A DNA stretch of 64,000 nucleotides from Oopsacas minuta (lineage: Eukaryota > Animalia > Porifera). The notes under the pieces were generated by a model. The model saw only the letters and a list, made by a program, of their open reading frames with translations, was not told the origin of the DNA and made no database searches. A program made the translations under genes and the position numbers. Positions 61,159 through 64,000 of this stretch are shown here, piece by piece. The DNA lies in assembly GCA_024704765.1 (NCBI GenBank), contig JAKMXF010000015.1:34529-98528 (forward strand). Direction: 5' to 3'. The stretch's first letter is position 1. Each line of letters starts with the position of its first letter.

Positions 61159-61617
61159 ACTAAGAGTAATGTATACTGTAGATATGAATTATTTACATAT
61201 TAATCAGTGCTGTCAGCTCAGAACATATGTTATGGTTTAGATTAAAGTTCAGAATGAGATAGCAAAGAATCAATTACAGTATTTAAAAAACTCAAATCAC
61301 CGCTTGTGCCGTTTATATGAAGACCACTTTGGGAAGTTAAATTGTAGTTAAGAGTGGGATAAATACACAAAATTTTAAGGACTGAGGAAATGAATTTCCA
61401 CCAGCCAATGAAAATAAACAAGATTAGTAGAATTGAATAAGTAAAATAATATACAAATATTAATGAAGGAATAGACAGTACATGAGGTACAGGAAAGTAA
61501 ATAGTAAATCTAATCAAGAATAACACTAATGAAAGGAAATAGGTGAATACATAAAGTTAAGAAAGGGAAAGTAAATAAAATGAAAGATAGAAATACACAC
61601 ATAGATAGAGTTATATA

Positions 61618-62455
61618 TCAAAATATCTGTAGACAGTTTACAGTATGAATACACACTACAATAACTCTATCTTGATTGTCTACTGTTATTGATGTTGGAT
61701 GCTTAGAGACTGGAATATTGTGAATTATTGGAATTCAGGATTGAAGATACAAATAGAATTAGAAGAATTATCAGCAATTAGAATGTTGTTAAAATTGTCA
61801 ATAAAGAATGAGTAGGGATTTCCTTGTCCCCGTGAGATTACATTCTTCTGGAGTATGAAGTTATGATTGAATATATGGATACAAGGATTAGATTCATCTA
61901 ACACATAAATGTATTCGTTAGAGAGTTTAACATCACCAGGGTGTGTGAATGAACCAAATAGTGATTTGAATTGGAAATCTTTTGAGAGTATTTGAACTCG
62001 ATTGTTAAAATAATCACAAATATAAATATCATCATTAGATTCATTGACTGCTATACCATAAGGATAGTTGAATTCTAATTCTCCTTTTCCTTGTTTACCA
62101 ATTCTAGAAATAAATTCACCATCAAGGTTATAATTTATATACAGTTGGCATGAGTAATTAATATCATACTCCTACAAATAACTAAGCTTCTTGGATAGGA
62201 CATCTTTCCTTCACCTCTACTGTCACCAAATTTGAATATATACCTAGCAGTACTGTCAAATACTTTAACAAAGTCATTGAGATAATCTGCTATATAAAGA
62301 TTTCCAGTCATCTTGTCAACTGTAACACAATTTGGATAGATAGGTTTATCACTTCCTCTTCCTCTCTTACTAGCACTCACTAGAGGTTGTATCTTGCTTG
62401 TGTAATCAATACCAGTTTTCACTGTCTCTGTTTCAATAGCAATAGCTGTGGCCAT
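61618..62455 (-). pseudogene. Intronless NHL-repeat protein (no coiled coil), two single-base deletions
   Basis: NHL repeats YPNCVTVD..GNLYIAD, FNYPYGIAVNE..DIYICD..NNRVQIL and PTSITVDNQ; the frame is restored by adding one T near 62135 and one near 61715. Confidence 0.85.
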
Positions 62456-63449
62456 TGTTCCTAAATTGATAGAAAGAGTTAATATAACTGAAAATGAGCT
62501 CAGATTGGAGAATTATAGTATCAGATGTGTACACATGTGGGCGTACAGAATGTTTGATTTAAGATTTTGTATACAGGTGGCTAATGCTTCAAAAATTGTT
62601 GGTTGCCCCATTTAGATAGTGCAGGCATAGTTACCAGGACTCATGATATTTTGGGGATATGAAGCAGTTTGACGAAATTTAATCCCATCGATAATTTATC
62701 TGAATCCTGTCAGATAAATACCGAAATCAATACCAGCGGTCAATTTCCCATCATATTATATGCCACATGGTTATATTCAGAGAATTTACCACAGGAATGT
62801 CACGGACTTCTTAAATACACATACTCTTACTTCGCTTTATGGTGAAATTTGAGTTGGCCGTTAACAGTATACATGATAAACTTCTTGATAGCCCATATTC
62901 CGCTAATGTAAGACACTGAAATGTATTATCGTCGTAAGTAATGTTTTGGGAGTCCAAATTGCCATATTGCTTTCTCGGAAATATTTGTCGAAGGTATTAC
63001 CTTTTACGACCGTATTTGGTTGATGTAGTGAAGTGGAAATCTTTCAAAACCAAATGTATTGGAACTGACAGAAGTTACAAAAATTAAAATTACATGAAGT
63101 GATATAATTACTGATATACGTAATGTGTTACTACTGCATTCTCTTGTGCATATTCGGAGATTTATGAGCTCTCAACTTATGTCCCAAGATATTGCAGAAC
63201 AGCAGCTAAACGGAAATAAACGAACGAATAGAACCACAATTCCCTGAGAAGAGCAGAACGCTTGATAACGCCAATATTAACTTAAGTAAACCAAACGAAC
63301 TGAACAGGTCATAGAACATTTTAATCCTTCATTAAACTACTGTATATTAAGATAGGTACACTTTTGTGAAAGTGGTCAATAATTTAGCGGTAGTTAATGT
63401 TTTCTTTGGCTATCTTGTAACGATTACATAACACAAAATCGCGGTCTCA

Positions 63450-64000
63450 TAACTGTATATGTGTGCAAGAAGAGAAATTCAATTAATTATCGCAAATGAA
63501 GAGTCTACTGGTGTTCAGTTCGCCGAGTTAAAGGGAGCTGAAACCTTAGACTGATTTCTGAGTATTTACACAGAAAATCTGCACACAAATGTCGTACTTC
63601 CATAGTGTGTATAATTATGTTGCCACTAGTGCATGGTGCATTTAGTAATTAGATATTCAATATGCATAAGCGAGTGAGAACGGTATAATCCACTCTAAAT
63701 ATATTATCAGTTCTATACTAATTGCTTAGTAAACAGAACTAAGAAATGGCTACTGCACCAATCAACGAGAATCCTGTCTGTGAACCTGATAGCTTGATGC
63801 CAGTCCCTAACAAGCTACAGGACAGAATGAATACACTGAGAGAAGTGATTGATAGCAAGAAGTCACTCGTGAGGAGAGTCAGTGAAGAAATGAAAGAGCT
63901 AATTGAAGACAAGACTCAGCTGATTATCAGGGAATTGGAAGGGATCTGGGATGAAGTTAATCAAAGGATGAACAAGAGAAGAAGTGAAATCAATAAACAG
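63450..64000 (+). repeat. Inverted duplicate of 19059-19435 + 21765-21936, without the Buster insertion
   Basis: Near-identical reverse complement; single CACTAGTG at 63624-63631. Confidence 0.95.
63746..64000 (+). CDS. Coiled-coil + NHL protein, 5' part; paralog of 18033-19313, runs off the right edge
   Basis: MATAPINENPVCEPDS...; 4 differences in 255 nt from the copy at 19313. Confidence 0.85.
   Translation, partial: MATAPINENPVCEPDSLMPVPNKLQDRMNTLREVIDSKKSLVRRVSEEMKELIEDKTQLIIRELEGIWDEVNQRMNKRRSEINKQ

Noticed and set aside
61242-61526. Hydrophobic 94-aa minus ORF
   Set aside because: Low-complexity AT-rich sequence downstream of the NHL stop; no motif.

Overview
AT-rich eukaryotic (animal) genomic DNA with short GT-AG introns. 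No prokaryotic operons, rRNA, tRNA or CRISPR array were seen. The gene content and the intronless MAT-starting coiled-coil+NHL family suggest a sponge, probably a glass sponge (Hexactinellida); this assignment is inference only. Genes with intact reading frames sit in a central block (about 24-51 kb): an LRR-EGF transmembrane receptor, OHCU decarboxylase (URAD), a GLUT10/12-like transporter, SH3BP5-like, a tandem MBT+Cys-finger protein and TULP4. Both flanks hold genes with frameshifts or nonsense codons: an FN3 receptor-PTP-like gene, a GLUT8/Tret1-like transporter, three NHL genes and a PTPN23-like BRO1 gene. A fourth NHL copy runs off the right edge. Transposons: a near-intact maT (DD37D) element; a Buster-type hAT whose empty target site is present in an inverted duplicate 42 kb away; an internally deleted THAP/P-superfamily element with ~183-bp TIRs and a 7-bp TSD (Galileo-like); a LINE RT relic; many MITEs; and repeated Helitron-like termini. 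Exon structures and lesions were read by hand and have not been checked against reads or databases.
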